Shown piece after piece: positions 57,902 to 60,542 of a stretch of 60,542 nt of DNA. Positions within the stretch are counted from its first letter, which is position 1, and every line of letters begins with the position of its first letter. Origin of the DNA: an uncultured Mycoplasmatota bacterium. GTDB lineage: Bacteria > Bacillota_I > Bacilli_A > RF39 > UBA660. Under the pieces are notes generated by a model. It saw only the letters and a list, made by a program, of their open reading frames with translations, ran no database searches and was not told where the DNA came from. The position numbers and the translations under genes are program-made. Location of the stretch: assembly GCA_949288035.1 (NCBI GenBank), contig CASEIJ010000048.1:1-60542 (forward strand), written 5' to 3'.

Positions 57902-59019
57902 AAGCTTTTGTATTAAAAGATGGACCATTTATAAAAAGTCAAGTAAAAGCTAGACATCTATCGCTTTACTTATTGATTGCTTTAATTCCTCTTGTTTTAT
58001 TTGCATGGGTAAAAAATGGAATCTATCCATATCTTCATCAAAATATGACTTTCCAAGAAATGTGCTTACCAATCATATTGATTGTTTCTACTGTTATGAC
58101 CAGTATCATAACACATTATTTGATTCAAAAAATAAAAAAAGAGAAAATGAACACTTATCAATGGTTAAATATTCTCAATATTAGTTTCATATTCTCTTTA
58201 TTATTACCTATTCAAACACCAATTTACTTTGTAGTAATTGCTAGTTTTGTAATGACGGTTTTAGAGAGTTGTGAACCACTCAAAAAATATACCAATCCAA
58301 TTGTAATAGGTATTTTATTGATTTTATTGGGTAATATATTATTTTTACAAGGAAATATATATTATAATACTTATGAACAAAAACAACTTGTAGATACACC
58401 AAGCGAAGCAATGATAACAAATAATCAGTTAAGTGGATATCAAGTATTAGTACAACCATATGGAAGAATCTTAGATTTTATATTAGGAAGTGTTCCTGGA
58501 GGGCTTGGTACTACTTGTTCTATTTTACTTATTTTCGCATTTTTATATTTGTGTTATAAAAAAGCAATCGAATGGGAAATTACAATTACTTATATACTAA
58601 CAGTATTTGGTATCAGTGCCTTTATTGGACTATTTTCCAAGTTTGGATATTGGTATCCAATCTATCAAGTGATAAGTGGAGGATTGTTATTTGGGGCTAT
58701 TTTTCTAGCAACGGATCCAATGTCGACTCCAACAACTACAGCAGGTAAAATTTTATATGGCTTATGTTTAGGTATTATTACAACAATATTACGATATTTT
58801 GTAGGATGTAATGAAAGTGTTTTAATCAGTATTTTCTTAATGAGTTTATTTAGTATAAAACTAGATGATATTGGATCTATTGCGAGATTTCATTTTGAAA
58901 AAAGTATTCCTATCTTTATATGTATTTGGATCTGTATCCTAGCCCTTGGTATTTTTATTGGAACAAAATACCAAGTAGAGCAGGGAATAGATGTATATCA
59001 AAAAAGAGAATCGATTTGA
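57898..59019 (+). CDS. rnfD: RnfD/RsxD-like membrane subunit
   Basis: DTPS (FMN-Thr position), LGSVPGGLGT, GGLLFGAIFLATDPMSTP. Confidence 0.85.
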   Translation: MKAFVLKDGPFIKSQVKARHLSLYLLIALIPLVLFAWVKNGIYPYLHQNMTFQEMCLPIILIVSTVMTSIITHYLIQKIKKEKMNTYQWLNILNISFIFSLLLPIQTPIYFVVIASFVMTVLESCEPLKKYTNPIVIGILLILLGNILFLQGNIYYNTYEQKQLVDTPSEAMITNNQLSGYQVLVQPYGRILDFILGSVPGGLGTTCSILLIFAFLYLCYKKAIEWEITITYILTVFGISAFIGLFSKFGYWYPIYQVISGGLLFGAIFLATDPMSTPTTTAGKILYGLCLGIITTILRYFVGCNESVLISIFLMSLFSIKLDDIGSIARFHFEKSIPIFICIWICILALGIFIGTKYQVEQGIDVYQKRESI

Positions 59020-59034
59020 TTCTCTTTTTCTATA

Positions 59035-59208
59035 TTAATTATTTGCCATTTTTTTCAAACTTCTAAGTTCTCTTGCACTCACACGAACTGATTTTCCGTT
59101 AATTGTTACTTTTTGTAAATTAACTCCTTGTTTTTTTCTAGTTGCATTTAAGGCATGACTTCTAGCGTTTCCAAATAATGGCTTTTTAGCTGTTACTTTT
59201 CTTGCCAT
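59035..59208 (-). CDS. rpmB: 50S ribosomal protein L28
   Basis: [32 protein letters not shown]...VSARELR; start refined from 59250. Confidence 0.93.
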   Translation of the reverse strand: MARKVTAKKPLFGNARSHALNATRKKQGVNLQKVTINGKSVRVSARELRSLKKMANN

Positions 59209-59271
59209 AATATTCCTCCTTAATAAAAGCTCTGCAATTAACTTTACCATAATATGCTTGATAAGTCAATA

Positions 59272-60144
59272 TTATTCATCATATAATTCTTGTTTCAATG
59301 TTTCAATATTTTGATTCATAATGGAAAGATAATCTTGATTATTTTCACTTTCTTCTTCTGTAATATTAGATAATGTTTTCAATGTTAATGTCTCAACGCC
59401 TGTTTGTTTGATTAGTTTTTGAACCGTTCCATTGGCTTCTTCATTTTCTTTTAAGAAAATATAACTAATTTGATTATTTTCTATCATTTGTTTTACATCG
59501 GCTACTATTTTATCGGTTAAATTATTATTTTCTTCTAAAGAAATAACAATATATCCATATTTCTCTAAAAATTTAAACAAGTCATTGGCTACTACAATGG
59601 TCTTATTAGAACCACTCTCAGCTGCTAATTTAATACTAGCATCGATATTCGAAACATCCACTTTTAATTCTTCATATTTCTCTTCAATTTGTTTTCTTAA
59701 ATAAGGATCATCGATATATTCTTGTAATCCATTTTTGATGTTTTGTGCTAACATCAAGAAATTAGATGGATCTAACCATAATTCTTCTACTTCATTAGAA
59801 TATTCCATACTCATAGAAGTATCAATAATCTTAATATTTTTATTATAGTCAAACATTTGAATCACATAATCTTTTTCTTTTGATAAACCATTAAATATAT
59901 AAATACTAGATTTACTAAAGTCTTTAATCTGTTTTTTATTTAATTCATAATTTTGAATATTCACACCCATCGGATAAATACTATCAATCGTACTATATTC
60001 TCCATATAATCGTTCTGTAATATATTGAATTGGGTATGAAGTAGTAGTAATTTGAATATCTTCTAAGTTATCTCTTTTAAAACAACCAGTAAAAAGAGAA
60101 ACACCAAATAATAAACAAAGACTCAGTATTAATTTCTTCTTCAT
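59272..60144 (-). CDS. ZnuA/AdcA-like metal ABC substrate-binding lipoprotein with non-canonical ligands
   Basis: LFTGC lipobox, [25 protein letters not shown]; canonical His positions replaced. Confidence 0.8.
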   Translation of the reverse strand: MKKKLILSLCLLFGVSLFTGCFKRDNLEDIQITTTSYPIQYITERLYGEYSTIDSIYPMGVNIQNYELNKKQIKDFSKSSIYIFNGLSKEKDYVIQMFDYNKNIKIIDTSMSMEYSNEVEELWLDPSNFLMLAQNIKNGLQEYIDDPYLRKQIEEKYEELKVDVSNIDASIKLAAESGSNKTIVVANDLFKFLEKYGYIVISLEENNNLTDKIVADVKQMIENNQISYIFLKENEEANGTVQKLIKQTGVETLTLKTLSNITEEESENNQDYLSIMNQNIETLKQELYDE

Positions 60145-60365
60145 TTTTTCACTCCTTTTGGTGGTACGGGATCATATCCTCCTACATTCCAAGGATTACA
60201 TCTCATAATTCTTTTTAAACCTAGCCATCCACCTTTTAAAACACCATGGGTTATAATTGCTTCCTTCATATAATTACTACAAGTAGGAATAAATTTACAA
60301 CGTCCATGACTAGATAGAGGCATACTTTGATAAATCGAAATCATACGTATTATTATTTTTTTCAT
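60141..60365 (-). CDS. yidD: Membrane protein insertion efficiency factor YidD
   Basis: [32 protein letters not shown]. Confidence 0.95.
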   Translation of the reverse strand: MKKIIIRMISIYQSMPLSSHGRCKFIPTCSNYMKEAIITHGVLKGGWLGLKRIMRCNPWNVGGYDPVPPKGVKK

Positions 60366-60542
60366 ACATCAATATTATACTAGAATCTTTCTTTAATGTA
60401 AACAAGCATATCATATAAAGGAGGTAGATATAAGGAAAATGAAAAAACATACGAAAAAAGTTGGGCCTAAGTAATAGTTGTGATACAATGGATATGGTGG
60501 TAACATGAAAAGTTTAGCAAAATTAAAAATTCAAACAAATCA

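Overview
Strongly AT-rich Bacillota (Bacilli) chromosomal window using genetic code 11 (TGA acts as a stop). The compact genes and Bacillus-like synteny suggest a reduced, walled, spore-forming lineage such as RF39 or Erysipelotrichales-like gut Bacilli; this taxonomy is inference. Most of the window is core machinery: rpsP-khpA, addBA, rnj, miaB, htpG, thrS with T-box, rsmD, rpsU-yqeY, rpsB-tsf, uvrC, mutL, proS, radC-mreCD, rplU-prp-rpmA, obgE, cobB, a two-component pair, rnfCD, rpmB and yidD. It also has two tRNAs, a yefM-yoeB module and a scattered sporulation set (cotE, gerM, gerE, spoIIIAH, ylbD/E, spoIVFA/B). The standout is a gene just after tRNA-Cys encoding a secreted, probably sortase-anchored protein whose predicted mature N-terminus is a eukaryote-like ubiquitin domain (52/70 identities to human ubiquitin by hand alignment, all 7 lysines kept, no C-terminal GG). 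Other highlights: two unannotated double-glycine peptides behind a C39-ABC exporter, a self-contained micro-transcript encoding a 9-aa W/R/F peptide beside a degenerate CPBP protein, a nonsense-split C39-like peptidase, a protein with tandem sigma-4-like repeats, an orphan rnfCD pair, a S2-Rho_N fusion and several apparent pseudoenzymes. No CRISPR array, IS element or integrase was seen.
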